The notes under the pieces: generated by a model
The model's database searches: none
The model's input: only the letters and a program-made list of their open reading frames with translations
What the model was told of the DNA's origin: nothing
Translations under genes and position numbers: made by a program
Assembly: GCA_040220235.1 (NCBI GenBank)
Contig: JAVJTO010000009.1
Direction: 5' to 3' (one strand)
DNA: 64,000 nucleotides
Source: Coleofasciculus sp. B1-GNL1-01
Lineage (GTDB): Bacteria; Cyanobacteriota; Cyanobacteriia; Cyanobacteriales; Coleofasciculaceae
Part shown: one piece after another, positions 32,006 through 43,045 of the stretch
Layout: each line of letters opens with the position of its first letter
Position numbering within the stretch: the stretch's first letter is position 1

Positions 32006-33142
32006 ATGAATCTACCTGAGCCAAAAATAGAGCGAATTCTGGCAGTTGATGATGCGCCAGACAATTTATTCCTAATGCAAACCATCTTAGAAACTGAAGG
32101 ATATGAACTCAGTTTAGTTGAAGATGGATATTCCGCATTAGCAATCGTTGAAAAATCACCTCCTGATTTAATCTTGCTGGATGTAATGATGCCACAAATG
32201 GATGGTTATGAGGTGACTCGGCGAATTCGTCAAAATAGCAGTTTGCCTTTTATCCCAATTTTGCTGATCACCGCTTATGAACAGTCGAGTGCGATTGAAG
32301 GACTCGATGCGGGGGCGGATGATTTTATTCGCAAACCTGTGGATGTGGGCGAGTTATTAGCGCGAGTGCGATCGCTACTGCGACTTAAGCATAGTATTGA
32401 TGAACAAGTGCGACTGGCGCGTCAGCGAGAGGATTTCGTCTCTCGTCTCACCCATGATTTGCGAACCCCCTTAGTCGCCGCTGATCGGATGCTGAGTTTA
32501 TTGAAACGGGGAAGCTTTGGACAGCTTCCTGATTCAGCCGTGGAAGCCGTCGTTTCTATCCAGCAAAGCAACCAACATTTAGTCCAGATGGTGAATACGG
32601 TGTTGGAAGTTTATCGCCACGATGCTGGGTCTAAAGAGTTAACGTTTGTTTCGATAAATCCTCAGGAAATGATTAAGGAAGTCGTTCAAGAACTGACTCC
32701 CTTAGCCCAGGAAAAGGGATTAGCGTTAAAGCTGAATGTAGGAGAGTGCGCTAATTCATTTAATTCAGACGATTGTCTGGTGATGGGCGATCGCCTTGAA
32801 CTCCGCCGCGTATTCACTAATCTAATTGGCAATGCGGTCAAGTTTACGGAAAAGGGCTCGGTCGATATTAATTTAGGTTTAGAATCGGATTCCACAAACT
32901 CGGCAGATGGTCAACCCCCTTTAGTGATAATTTCCATTCAAGATACGGGATCAGGTATTCGTCCAGAAGATCTTGCCACTCTTTTCCAGCGATTTCGCCA
33001 AGGAAAGCATAAGCGATCGGGGAGTGGTTTGGGATTATACTTGTCTCGTCGGATCGTAGAAGCTCATCAGGGTAGGATTGAAGTCGAGAGTGAGTTGGGC
33101 AAAGGTAGTTTATTTACGGTTTATTTGCCCGCACAAACGTGA
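32006..33142 (+). CDS. Hybrid REC-histidine kinase
   Basis: LAVDD, LLDVMMP, LTHDLRTPL, GSGLGL. Confidence 0.93.
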   Translation: MNLPEPKIERILAVDDAPDNLFLMQTILETEGYELSLVEDGYSALAIVEKSPPDLILLDVMMPQMDGYEVTRRIRQNSSLPFIPILLITAYEQSSAIEGLDAGADDFIRKPVDVGELLARVRSLLRLKHSIDEQVRLARQREDFVSRLTHDLRTPLVAADRMLSLLKRGSFGQLPDSAVEAVVSIQQSNQHLVQMVNTVLEVYRHDAGSKELTFVSINPQEMIKEVVQELTPLAQEKGLALKLNVGECANSFNSDDCLVMGDRLELRRVFTNLIGNAVKFTEKGSVDINLGLESDSTNSADGQPPLVIISIQDTGSGIRPEDLATLFQRFRQGKHKRSGSGLGLYLSRRIVEAHQGRIEVESELGKGSLFTVYLPAQT

Positions 33143-33257
33143 CGAGAACAGGGAGCTGGGGAAGCTGGGGAAGCTGGGGAAGATAAGCTAAGGCGCATTT
33201 AAATTGTGTAGTGTATTCCCTGTTGCCTGTTACCTATTGCCTTCCTTGGGATTTAGG

Positions 33258-33486
33258 TAAGCTGTTCGGCATTTAAACCTTAATGTCAATAATGACGAAA
33301 TCCTTGTAGTGCGTTTAGCGAAGCCATGCCGCAGGCTTTGCATCTTGCTCGCTACTATAGCAGTACGCTCTCGCGTAGTTACAGTACAAATGTTCTAAGA
33401 AACTCCTGATAAAGCCTCCATTTCTAATGTGTAAATTACACCAGCGCGTAGGGATACTAATACCCAATTTAAATGCATGACGCTTA
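33258..33486. mobile_element. MITE family A copy carrying two nested insertions
   Basis: Aligns to the reverse complement of 23054-23156 except for inserts at 33314-33339 and about 33358-33459. Confidence 0.8.
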
Positions 33487-33981
33487 TCCCAATCTAAATG
33501 CTGGACAGCTCAGCAGAAGGCAGTAGAGTTCTCATGGGTAGGTGGTCATTTCCGCGATCACGAAAATCATAACCTTTAGGGTAACAACTATTTTTTATCT
33601 CCGTGTAATACAGCCGAAGAGTGCTAAAACAGGGCTTTTTCATGGCAACTGTATGACACCGTATGGGTAAATTTTGCCATTTTCCCAGAATTGTGCGGAA
33701 ATCGGTCAATGAGTCCTGTATTTTCTTTACAGGAAGAATTATTTTCATCCCAACCCATTAGAGATACTATAGGATTCCTATAGAAAAATCAATCGAGGAG
33801 TCCCAACTTGGCATTTGTCTAGGAAGACAGAGATTTATCCACTTTAGCGATACTTTAGGGATACTTAAGTTTTTGGTACAAAAGGAAGTAGCTTTTCGCT
33901 TTGATGATGCAACGCTAGAAAACCTGATTAGTCAAATCGACGAGTTTATACAGTATTATCCATGTAGGTGATCCTTGCCCC

Positions 33982-36900
33982 ATGTTACTGCCAACCATTA
34001 CCCGTCAGCTTGTCAAAGGCGCTAAACGCAGTCAAAAGATGCCATTGCGCGTGGTTCTGGTGGTTCCCTTTCTTCTCCAGATCTTTGTGGCGGTAGGGTT
34101 GACTGGATATCTCTCCTTTCGCAATGGACAGCAGGCGGTTGACAATCTGGTTATGCAGTTACAGACCGAGGTTAGCGATCGCATTGTACAACATGTCGAT
34201 AGTTACCTGGAAACGCCTCATCTGGTCAACCATGTTCTTGCCAATGCCGTGCGTCGGGGTCAGGTGCAGACTCAGGATCAGCCCAGTGAGCGCTATCTGT
34301 TGCAACTCGTACAGATTACCCACTCTATTAATACCATTCAGTTCGGCAGTGAGCAAGGAGAGTATATTGGCGCAGGCTATACCGAGGATAGCCGCTTAGT
34401 GCTGAAAGTTGCCGATAAATCAACCAACTATAACTTTCATACCTACAAACCTGACAATCAAGGAAATCGGAAGCAACTGTTAGATAGTCGCACCAATTAT
34501 GACCCTCGTATCCGTCCCTGGTATCAAGAGGCTACTTTTCAAGGTGCAACGGTTTGGAGTCCTATTTATGTCATGTTTAGCCATTCTCGGTTAGGAATTA
34601 CCCTAGCTGAACCCGTATTTGACGACAAGGATAAATTATTAGGAGTCGTTGGTACTGATATTTTACTATCTGAGATTAGTAAATTTCTCAACAACTTAAG
34701 AATTGGTCAAACGGGACAAGCGTTTATTATTGAACCATCAGGATTACTGGTTGCTAGTTCCACATCAGAACAGCGATTTATTCAGGATGGCGATAAAACT
34801 CAGCGCCTATTTGCTACTCATAGCCGTGATCCCTTAATTCAATTAACCGCGCAGTATTTAAACCAAAACGTTGATACCTTAAACCAGATTAATCAAAGCC
34901 AACAGCTATCCTTTAACCTAAACCGCGATCGCTATTATTTACAAGTCACTCCTTTCCAGGATCATCGGGGCTTAGAGTGGTTGATTGTGGTGGCGGTACC
35001 AGAAGCGGATTTCATGGAACAAATCCATGCCAATACCCGCACCACGATTAGCTTATGCTTCGCGGCGTTTGTTGTGGCAACTGGGTTAGGAATCTTCACC
35101 GCCAGATGGATTACCCAGCCGATTACCCAGTTAAGCATAGCGGCGGCGAAAATTGCCCAGGGCAAATTTAATCAACAGGTAAAAGTCAAGAGTAAAATAC
35201 CAGTTCGGGTGCATGAACTTGAAATTTTAGCTCAATCCTTTAATCAAATGAGTCAACAGTTATACTCATTTTTTACCGTCCTAGAAAACAATCAAGCCGA
35301 GTTAGAGTCACGAGTTGAGCAACGCACCGCCGCCCTACGCCTGTCTGAAGAAAAGTTTGCTCTGGCTTTTCGCTCATCCCCGAACCCAATTACGATTACT
35401 ACTCTAGCAGAGGGAACGTTTATTGAGGTAAATGAAAGCTTTCTCAAGATTACCGGGTATGACCTAGAGGATGTGATTGCTCATACCTCCATTGAACTCA
35501 ATTTTTGGGTTGAACCCCAAGAACGAAGCCGAATCCGTAGCTTATTACAAAAGACAGGTGCTATTCGGGATCAAGAGTTTCATTTTTATACCAAATCGGG
35601 TCAAGTGAGAACGGGATTATTATCCGCAGAATTAATTACCATTGGCGAAGAAGAATGCATACTGGCGGTAATTAATGATATCACCGAACGCAAACAAGCT
35701 GAACAACGAGTTGAGTTACTGCTGACCATTAGCCAAGCGATTAATGCCGCCCCCGATTTTCAAGCTGCCTTAGAAATTGCCCTGCATCAAGTGTGTCAAA
35801 CTACGGGCTGGATTTATGGCGAAGTTTGGATTCCGGCGACAGACGGGATGGCATTAGAATGTAGCCATCGTTGGTATTACAAACAGACCGGACTTGATCC
35901 AGAGGTTATCACCGCCCTAGAACAATTCCGAGAGTATAGTGAAGCCCTAACATTTTTACCCGAAGAAGAAATACCGGGACGGGTTTGGTGTCATGGTGAA
36001 CCAGAATGGATTAGTGATATTGCCACTGAATCCGATGATGTTTTCTTGCGACTCAAATTGGCAACCGACTGTGGGTTAAAATCAGCCTTTGCTGTACCCA
36101 TTGTTGCACCAGCAAAACCTCAAATCGCTGCCCCAGTTTTAGCGGTGTTGGTGTTTTTTATGGCAGAAGAACACCAAAATGATGAAAATTGGATTGAGTT
36201 GGTGTCTGTCGTGTCGGCGCAGTTGGGTCCAGTGATGCAGCAGAAGAAAGCCGAAGCAGAAATGAAGGCACTTTTTGCCGCGATGACGGATATGGTTCTG
36301 GTGGTGGATGCATCGGGTCGTTGTCTGAAGGTAGCACCTACGAATAAAGGAAAATGGTGTAAATCTCCGGGGGACATCTTGGGAACAACGCTGTTGGAAT
36401 ATTTCGATTCCAGTCAGGTAGATTTTATTCTCAATAGTATTCGAGAGGCGTTGTTAACTCAAGCGACGGTAAATATCGAGTATTGCATCAATCTTGCAGG
36501 AGAGGATATTTGGTTTGCGGCGAATTTGTCACCACTTTCCGATGATTCGGTGATTTGGGTAGCGCGTGATATTACCGATCGCAAACAGGCAGAGGTGGCA
36601 TTACGGTTAGAACAAGAAAAATCGGAACAATTATTACTGAATATTTTGCCTGAACTAATTGCGGAACGGCTGAAACAAGACCAATCAGCGATTGCGGAGA
36701 ATTTTGATGATGTGACAATTCTATTTGCCGATATTGTCGGGTTTACACCGTTATCGGCGCGGTTAAAACCGATTGAATTAGTGAATTTACTCAATCAGAT
36801 GTTTTCCACATTTGACCAGTTGGCAGAACGTCATGGTTTGGAGAAAATTAAAACCATTGGTGATGCGTATATGGTGGTTGGCGGATTACCCCAGCCGAGG

Positions 36901-37242
36901 GGAGATCATGCAGAAGCGATCGCGCAGATGGCGTTAGATATGCAAGAAGCGATTACTCAGTTTCAAGCTGAACACAGTGAGTCATTGCAAATTCGCATTG
37001 GAATTAATACCGGATCAGTGGTGGCGGGGGTGATTGGGATTAGGAAGTTTATCTATGACTTGTGGGGAGATGCGGTGAATGTCGCCTCACGCATGGAATC
37101 GTCGGGAGAACCGGGAAAAATACAAGTCACAGAGACGACATACCAGAGATTACGGGACAAATTCCAGTTTCAGGAACGAGGTGCGATCGCGGTGAAAGGG
37201 CGCGGCGAAATGACAACCTATTGGCTAATGGGAACGTGTTGA
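33982..37242 (+). CDS. Class III adenylate cyclase (dCache, HAMP, PAS, GAF, PAS, cyclase)
   Basis: YDPRIRPWY (dCache), ILFADIVGFT, KIKTIGDAYM, YDLWGDAVNVASRME with ATP-specifying Lys and Asp. Confidence 0.93.
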   Translation: MLLPTITRQLVKGAKRSQKMPLRVVLVVPFLLQIFVAVGLTGYLSFRNGQQAVDNLVMQLQTEVSDRIVQHVDSYLETPHLVNHVLANAVRRGQVQTQDQPSERYLLQLVQITHSINTIQFGSEQGEYIGAGYTEDSRLVLKVADKSTNYNFHTYKPDNQGNRKQLLDSRTNYDPRIRPWYQEATFQGATVWSPIYVMFSHSRLGITLAEPVFDDKDKLLGVVGTDILLSEISKFLNNLRIGQTGQAFIIEPSGLLVASSTSEQRFIQDGDKTQRLFATHSRDPLIQLTAQYLNQNVDTLNQINQSQQLSFNLNRDRYYLQVTPFQDHRGLEWLIVVAVPEADFMEQIHANTRTTISLCFAAFVVATGLGIFTARWITQPITQLSIAAAKIAQGKFNQQVKVKSKIPVRVHELEILAQSFNQMSQQLYSFFTVLENNQAELESRVEQRTAALRLSEEKFALAFRSSPNPITITTLAEGTFIEVNESFLKITGYDLEDVIAHTSIELNFWVEPQERSRIRSLLQKTGAIRDQEFHFYTKSGQVRTGLLSAELITIGEEECILAVINDITERKQAEQRVELLLTISQAINAAPDFQAALEIALHQVCQTTGWIYGEVWIPATDGMALECSHRWYYKQTGLDPEVITALEQFREYSEALTFLPEEEIPGRVWCHGEPEWISDIATESDDVFLRLKLATDCGLKSAFAVPIVAPAKPQIAAPVLAVLVFFMAEEHQNDENWIELVSVVSAQLGPVMQQKKAEAEMKALFAAMTDMVLVVDASGRCLKVAPTNKGKWCKSPGDILGTTLLEYFDSSQVDFILNSIREALLTQATVNIEYCINLAGEDIWFAANLSPLSDDSVIWVARDITDRKQAEVALRLEQEKSEQLLLNILPELIAERLKQDQSAIAENFDDVTILFADIVGFTPLSARLKPIELVNLLNQMFSTFDQLAERHGLEKIKTIGDAYMVVGGLPQPRGDHAEAIAQMALDMQEAITQFQAEHSESLQIRIGINTGSVVAGVIGIRKFIYDLWGDAVNVASRMESSGEPGKIQVTETTYQRLRDKFQFQERGAIAVKGRGEMTTYWLMGTC

Positions 37243-37335
37243 GTGTTGGTTGACAGTTACAAACCCTTCACGCTTCACGACCTTCGAGGACATGATCTGT
37301 AGGGGCGGGTTTAGGGACTCTCTTGTCGCCATTGA

Positions 37336-37438
37336 TAAGCTGTTCGGCATTTAAACCATAATGTCAAGAATTGCGAAATCCTTGTAGTGCGAGCATCTTG
37401 CTCGCTACCCATTCCCAATTTAAATGCGTGACAGCTTA
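37336..37438. mobile_element. MITE family A copy nested in a GTAGGGGCGGGTTT...AAAACCCGCCC REP pair (37299-37463)
   Basis: TAAGCTGT/ACAGCTTA termini; homologous to 23054-23156. Confidence 0.85.
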
Positions 37439-37607
37439 GTAACGTTTAGAACAAAACCCGCCCTGATTCAGTGTTGAGTTCACTCCCTTCCATCTCCCAG
37501 ACGTGCCATGGCACGTCTCTACATTGCTTCGTGCTTTCTCGCCAAGATCCTGATACCCTGAATTTCAGGGATAAATTGACCATTGCCGATCGCAGGACAC
37601 CAAGAGC

Positions 37608-38924
37608 ATGACTAGCAAACCCAAAATTATCGTTTTGGATGATGACCCCACCGGTTCCCAAACCGTTCACAGTTGCTTGCTGCTGACGCGCTGGGATGTG
37701 CAGACGCTGTGCTTAGGACTAGCCGACGCTTCGCCGATTTTCTTTGTCCTGACGAATACGCGGGCGTTAACCCCAGAGGAAGCCGCCACAGTCACTTGTG
37801 AGGTTTGCCATAATCTAAAAATTGCCATAGAAACTGAAGAAATCGACGATTTTCTTGTCGTCAGTCGCTCTGATTCCACCCTACGCGGACATTATCCCGT
37901 GGAAACCGATGTGATTGCCCAAGAAGTGGGACCCTTCGATGCTCATTTCTTAGTTCCTGCATTCTTTGAAGGCGGACGAGTCACCCGCGATAGTGTTCAT
38001 TATTTAATGGTGGATGGCGTTCCCACACCCGTCCATGAAACTGAATTTGCCCGTGATTCGGTATTTGGCTATCGTCACAGCTATTTACCCGATTATGTGG
38101 AAGAAAAGACTAACGGAAGGATTAAAGCCGAAAACGTTGAGCGATTTGTCCTCTCCGATATTCGCCAAGGAAGTTTAGAACGCCTCCTCAACTTAAGTGG
38201 GAATCAATGTGGTGTGGTTGATGGGGAAACTCAAGCCGATTTAGATAAATTCGCGGCTGATGTCCTCAGCGCCGCCGCCCAAGGGAAACGGTTCTTATTT
38301 CGCTCGGCTGCCAGTATTTTAACCTCTCTAGCGAATCTGGGCGCTCAACCCGTCCCGCCAGAGAATATGGCACAGTATGTCAGAGAAGGGAAACCGGGCG
38401 TTGTGTTGGTGGGGTCTCATGTTAAAAAGACCACCCAACAGCTTGAACAACTTCTGAAACTCTCCGATATTGTTGGTGTTGAGGTGGATGTTAGTCATTT
38501 ACTTGAAGAGTCAGCATCCCAACGGGATTCACTTTTAGCCAAACTTGTCGCTGCTGTTGACGAGATTCACAACTCGAATAAAACAGCCGCCATTTATACC
38601 AGTCGTGAGGAATTGGTCTTTAAAGACGTGCAAACTCGGTTAAACTTTGGCGCAGCCGTTTCAGCATTATTAATGGATATTGTTCGAGAGTTACCCAAAG
38701 ATATTGGCTTTTTAATTAGTAAGGGTGGAATTACCTCAAATGATGTCTTAAGTACAGGCTTAGACTTAAGATCTGCCCGGTTACTGGGTCAAATTATTCC
38801 GGGTTGTTCTGTCGTGCGAACCCCATCAGATCATCCTCAGTTTCCGGATTTACCTGTGGTACTGTTTCCGGGCAATGTCGGAGATGCCAATGGGTTAGTG
38901 ACAGTTTATCAGCGTTTTTGCTGA
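37608..38924 (+). CDS. Four-carbon acid sugar kinase family (DUF1537) protein
   Basis: IIVLDDDPTGSQ, SRSDSTLRGH, SKGGITS, PGNVG. Confidence 0.9.
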   Translation: MTSKPKIIVLDDDPTGSQTVHSCLLLTRWDVQTLCLGLADASPIFFVLTNTRALTPEEAATVTCEVCHNLKIAIETEEIDDFLVVSRSDSTLRGHYPVETDVIAQEVGPFDAHFLVPAFFEGGRVTRDSVHYLMVDGVPTPVHETEFARDSVFGYRHSYLPDYVEEKTNGRIKAENVERFVLSDIRQGSLERLLNLSGNQCGVVDGETQADLDKFAADVLSAAAQGKRFLFRSAASILTSLANLGAQPVPPENMAQYVREGKPGVVLVGSHVKKTTQQLEQLLKLSDIVGVEVDVSHLLEESASQRDSLLAKLVAAVDEIHNSNKTAAIYTSREELVFKDVQTRLNFGAAVSALLMDIVRELPKDIGFLISKGGITSNDVLSTGLDLRSARLLGQIIPGCSVVRTPSDHPQFPDLPVVLFPGNVGDANGLVTVYQRFC

Positions 38925-39339
38925 TCGTCTTATCTCTTATGTAAGGATTTGAGGCTTATTTACAGAAGTTAAGATGGTTGAGTTTATTTCCACCAACCTA
39001 CTTAATGCAGCAAGCCCTATTTGCCGAATACAACGGCAAGATAAAAAGCTAGACGATTGCACGACAACGTTTTCCTATTCCTTTTGACTCCTTCCCTGTT
39101 CCCTAAGTCATAAACCGTCTCCCCTCTCCTTAGAGGCTTGAGACTTTTGCTACAATAGGGTTTAGTTCGAGAATAGAGACGTAGATCACACAGGAGAACT
39201 CATTAGAGTCACGCCGGATAGTGGGTTAAGTTACCTCGAAAGCGGATTAAATTCACCGAAAATTAGGACTATTCTCAATTAATCGTCCAGCCCAATATCT
39301 GAAGATTAACTATGTTGAATTTATCAGGTAAAGCAGGCT

Positions 39340-39855
39340 ATGCAATCCTCTGATCGAAATATCCTTAACCCAAACCAATCCTCAGCGTCAGCTAGAAAGC
39401 AAGAGTTTTTTAAGAAACTAGAACGAATAAGAATGGCACCCCATCGTCTACTGGAGGAGTATGCGGCGGGAGAACGGGATTATCGGGGATTTAACCTCAG
39501 CAACTTAGAGTTAAACGGCGTAGATCTCCAGAGAATTGACTTGAGTCAGGCAAACCTAGAAGGGATTGTCTTAGAAAAAGCCACGTTGACGCGGGCAAAT
39601 TTAAGTCGAGCCAACTTATGTGGGGCGAATTTACGCCAAGCAGATTTGATTTGGGCAAATTTACGTTGTGCTAACCTACGAGGGGCAAACCTGAGAGGAG
39701 CCGATTTAAGTGGCGCAGATTTGAGTGGTGCAGATTTGACCGATGCAGATTTCGGGGGAGCCATACTACCTGACGGAACGATTGTTTTAACCAGTGAACA
39801 ATCGAGTCTCTTATGTGGTAAGCTGCAAAAATTGCCACTCAAACCATCCAAATAA
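39340..39855 (+). CDS. Pentapeptide repeat protein
   Basis: YAAGERDY followed by ANLxG repeats and AILPDG. Confidence 0.88.
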   Translation: MQSSDRNILNPNQSSASARKQEFFKKLERIRMAPHRLLEEYAAGERDYRGFNLSNLELNGVDLQRIDLSQANLEGIVLEKATLTRANLSRANLCGANLRQADLIWANLRCANLRGANLRGADLSGADLSGADLTDADFGGAILPDGTIVLTSEQSSLLCGKLQKLPLKPSK

Positions 39856-40085
39856 TCCCCAAGAGAGAGGCTGAGTAGGACGCGATCGCCCACTATAAGA
39901 TCCATAAGCTGTCATGCATTTAAATGGGTAAAAAACGTTCATACCCCTGCACCGCTATCAGGGAAAATGTATCATTGCTTCCCCTACTCCCCCTGCTTCC
40001 CCTGCTTCCCCTGCTTCCCCTACTCCCCCATCCCTAAAAACATTGTCAGCATACTCTCACTCTAAGCGCGATCGCACACTTAACC

Positions 40086-41006
40086 ATGGCATATCGATTA
40101 AAGGCATCCGAATCTATATCTGAGGGAGTTCAGCGCATTGCTTACGAACAGATAGACAAAGCATTAGCCCAATTATTGGGTCAAACGGATGATAGCCCAG
40201 AAGAGGCGGTTCATGATGCTCGTAAGCGGTTGAAGAAGCTACGAGCATTATTGCGCTTAGTGCGGGATGAAATTGGTTCGGATACTTATCACCAAGAAAA
40301 TACCTGTTTCCGAGATGCGGGGCGCTTGTTATCCGATGTGCGAGATGCTCAGGTGACGATTGAAACCCTAGATGATTTGAGCGAACATTTTGCCACGATT
40401 ATCTCAGCCGATGGTTTTAGGGAAGTACGTCAAGCCTTAGAAGCCCGTAGTCAATCCATTAGTGAGCGGGTTCTGGACGAAAAAAATGCCCAAGAGGACG
40501 CCATTGGCATGATTAAAGCAGCGCGGGAACGGGTCAAAGATTGGTCAATTAAAAGCAATGACTGGTCAACGATACAGGAGAGTGTTCAGCGTGTCTATAA
40601 ACGAGGGGATAAAGCATTAATAGTAGCCTTTAATCAGCCTAGCGTCGAAAACTTTCACGATTGGCGCAAGCGAGTAAAATATCTGTGGTATCACCTACGA
40701 CTGCTTAAATTAGTATGGTCAAATTTGATGGCAGAAATGGCATCAGAAACGAAACAATTAGCCGATTATTTAGGGGATGACCATGATTTGGCAATGTTGC
40801 GTCAGCTACTGGAGAAGGAACCGGAACTCGCAGGCGATCGCCCTCAACTAGACGCCCTAATTGGCTTAATTGACCGCCGACGACTCCAATTGCAGCAGTC
40901 AGCGTACTGTTTAGGACAGCGCATTTATGCAGAGAAACCGGGAGTGTTTGTCGAGCGGATTGGGGTGTACTGGCAGATTTGGCGATCGGAACGTGAGCGA
41001 TCGTAG
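40086..41006 (+). CDS. CHAD domain (polyphosphate-binding) protein
   Basis: VHDARKRLKKLRALLRL, FHDWRKRVKYLWY, LGDDHDL. Confidence 0.92.
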   Translation: MAYRLKASESISEGVQRIAYEQIDKALAQLLGQTDDSPEEAVHDARKRLKKLRALLRLVRDEIGSDTYHQENTCFRDAGRLLSDVRDAQVTIETLDDLSEHFATIISADGFREVRQALEARSQSISERVLDEKNAQEDAIGMIKAARERVKDWSIKSNDWSTIQESVQRVYKRGDKALIVAFNQPSVENFHDWRKRVKYLWYHLRLLKLVWSNLMAEMASETKQLADYLGDDHDLAMLRQLLEKEPELAGDRPQLDALIGLIDRRRLQLQQSAYCLGQRIYAEKPGVFVERIGVYWQIWRSERERS

Positions 41007-41159
41007 TTGCGCTTGTAGTTGCGCTTGTAGTTGCGCTTTAGCGCCATCAACGCATAGCTGAGAGGAACTTGCGTATAAACGACGACCAACCCTTAAATGT
41101 TCAGGTATCAACAGGTAGGGAGAATAGCGGTTCCCCAGTAGAGCGCGATCGCACTTGAT

Positions 41160-41249
41160 ATACCTTGATCTGACCCCACCCTAACTCTCCCCTTATAAAG
41201 GGGAGGGAACTCGAACGGCTTACTTTTCTACCTTAAGTTGACACGGATG
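41160..41249. mobile_element. Truncated copy (right end) of MITE family B
   Basis: Matches 42624-42674 and ends in CTTAAGTTGACACGGATG. Confidence 0.75.
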
Positions 41250-41276
41250 GAGCGTAAGTCTTCTTGTATTAATCGT

Positions 41277-42461
41277 TTAGCTGAGTTTTTTCTGTCTTTT
41301 TAAATGCTCTCGCTTGAATAAGGCTCCAAATCCTAAAGCCGTAGCTGAACCAAGAAGGGTCAGAGGTTCTGGGACTGGTGTCGGCTCAGACAAAGGAGTC
41401 AGTAAGACATCATGGACTTGATCACCCATCCTACCTATACCTACAATTTGCTCACTATCATTTATATCAAGTGCAATTAACAATTCCCAGCCGGAGTCAG
41501 CAGGAATTAAACTGTTGATATCAATCATCAACCCATTTTCCCAGAGAAAGGGTTTACGTTCATTGAAATCGTTGAAGTTATAGGCATTGCCGACGACTTG
41601 ACCCGCATTGTTAATACCCACAGCTTCGCTTGTAGGAAGGTCATCCAACGTACCCAAATCTATCATCGTGCCGTCTTGCCACAGAAAGGCGTGGTGGTTG
41701 AAAGAACCCTCACCACTAAGCGTTGCAAAGCCAACGACCTGTCCAGATTCATTGATATCCCCAGCGAAGCTGGTTGAACCCCCCAAAGTACCGAGGTCAA
41801 ACATCTCGCCATTTTCCCAGAGGAAAGCGCGGTTACTCCCACTGCTTGTTGGTGCATTACCAACTATCTGACTAGAATCGTTAATACTCGAAGCAAAGCT
41901 GGTTGTACCACCCAAAGTACCGAGGTCAATCATCTCACCATTTTCCCAGAGAAAGGCACGTTCTTCTCCGCGCTCATTCTCTGCCCAACCGACCACCTGA
42001 CCAATATTGTTGATGCCGTTTGCTGAGCTATTTGTACCACCAAACGTTCCCAAGTCAGTCATTACGCCGTTTTCCCAGAGAAAAGCATGAGAGGTATAAT
42101 TTGGAAAGGGGGAAAAATCTGGCGAGTTAATTTCTGAGTGACCTACTACTTGCCCAAAGTCATTAATGTCAAAGGCTTCGCTATTTGAACCTTCTAAACT
42201 GCCAAGGTCAGTCATCACACCGTTGTCCCACAAAAAGGCACGCAACGGTGCATCAAAAAATCGCAATCCACTTCTGCCAACGATTTGCCCAGCATTATTA
42301 AGTCGGCTTGGAGGGTGAGGAAAATCCTCTCTACCAGAGAGTGTGCCAATATCAGTAACCGTATACAGGGATGCCGCTTCAGCAGATTGGAAAGCAGTTA
42401 ATCCTAACACTGTCGCCGTTGCTAGTCCCAACGTGCCAATTTTATGAACGGTAGTCTGCAT
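41277..42461 (-). CDS. HAF-repeat extracellular protein with PEP-CTERM
   Basis: Repeated (H/R)AFLWENGxMxDLGTLGG..SxAxxINxxGQVVG; C-terminal VPEPLTLLG...KRQKK. Confidence 0.92.
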   Translation of the reverse strand: MQTTVHKIGTLGLATATVLGLTAFQSAEAASLYTVTDIGTLSGREDFPHPPSRLNNAGQIVGRSGLRFFDAPLRAFLWDNGVMTDLGSLEGSNSEAFDINDFGQVVGHSEINSPDFSPFPNYTSHAFLWENGVMTDLGTFGGTNSSANGINNIGQVVGWAENERGEERAFLWENGEMIDLGTLGGTTSFASSINDSSQIVGNAPTSSGSNRAFLWENGEMFDLGTLGGSTSFAGDINESGQVVGFATLSGEGSFNHHAFLWQDGTMIDLGTLDDLPTSEAVGINNAGQVVGNAYNFNDFNERKPFLWENGLMIDINSLIPADSGWELLIALDINDSEQIVGIGRMGDQVHDVLLTPLSEPTPVPEPLTLLGSATALGFGALFKREHLKRQKKLS

Positions 42462-42589
42462 TACTTTTTTTGGATGTTCTGAGTTTTAATTATTTTGTAA
42501 ATTTTATCACAGCTTTTACGCCGATGCTACTCGCGTGGCACAGCCAAAAAGTGGAACAGACTTTACGGTTTAATCGGGCGCACGTCAGT

Positions 42590-42774
42590 CATTGGTGTCA
42601 ACTTAAGCTTAAAACGAAAGCAATACCTTGATCTGACCCCACCCTAACTCTCCCCTTATCAAGGGGAGGGAACATTTCCCCCCTTAGCAAGGGGGGATTA
42701 AGGGGGGTTATTTTTAAGGCAGCGAGATTCAAAAGCTCACTTAGCTTACGTTTCCTCTTAAGTTGACACGGATG
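42590..42774. mobile_element. MITE family B (IS4-like TIRs CATTGGTGTCAACTTAAG / CTTAAGTTGACACGGATG) with a 9-bp target duplication
   Basis: 18-bp TIRs with 2 mismatches; flanked by CACGTCAGT and CACATCAGT; sits in the loop of a GGGCGCA..TGCGCCC REP. Confidence 0.85.
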
Positions 42775-43045
42775 CACATCAGTGCGCCCCTACCCGATCA
42801 AATTAGGTGTGTCACGCCACGAAAACGGGTTTCGTTTCTCTGGTTTTAAGCAACATTTTGCCGCCATAGTCTCACTTGCTAAATCGTTGGGTTTCGCAGC
42901 CGCTTAACCCAACCTACACTGATAACAACGATAAAATAAAAAAACTCAGAAATTTTTCCAGACTACAGAATCCTGAGTCATCGCCCAAACATCTAGCGCT
43001 AATTATACGAAAATAGAACTGTAGACCATCCTTTCCCATCTAACC

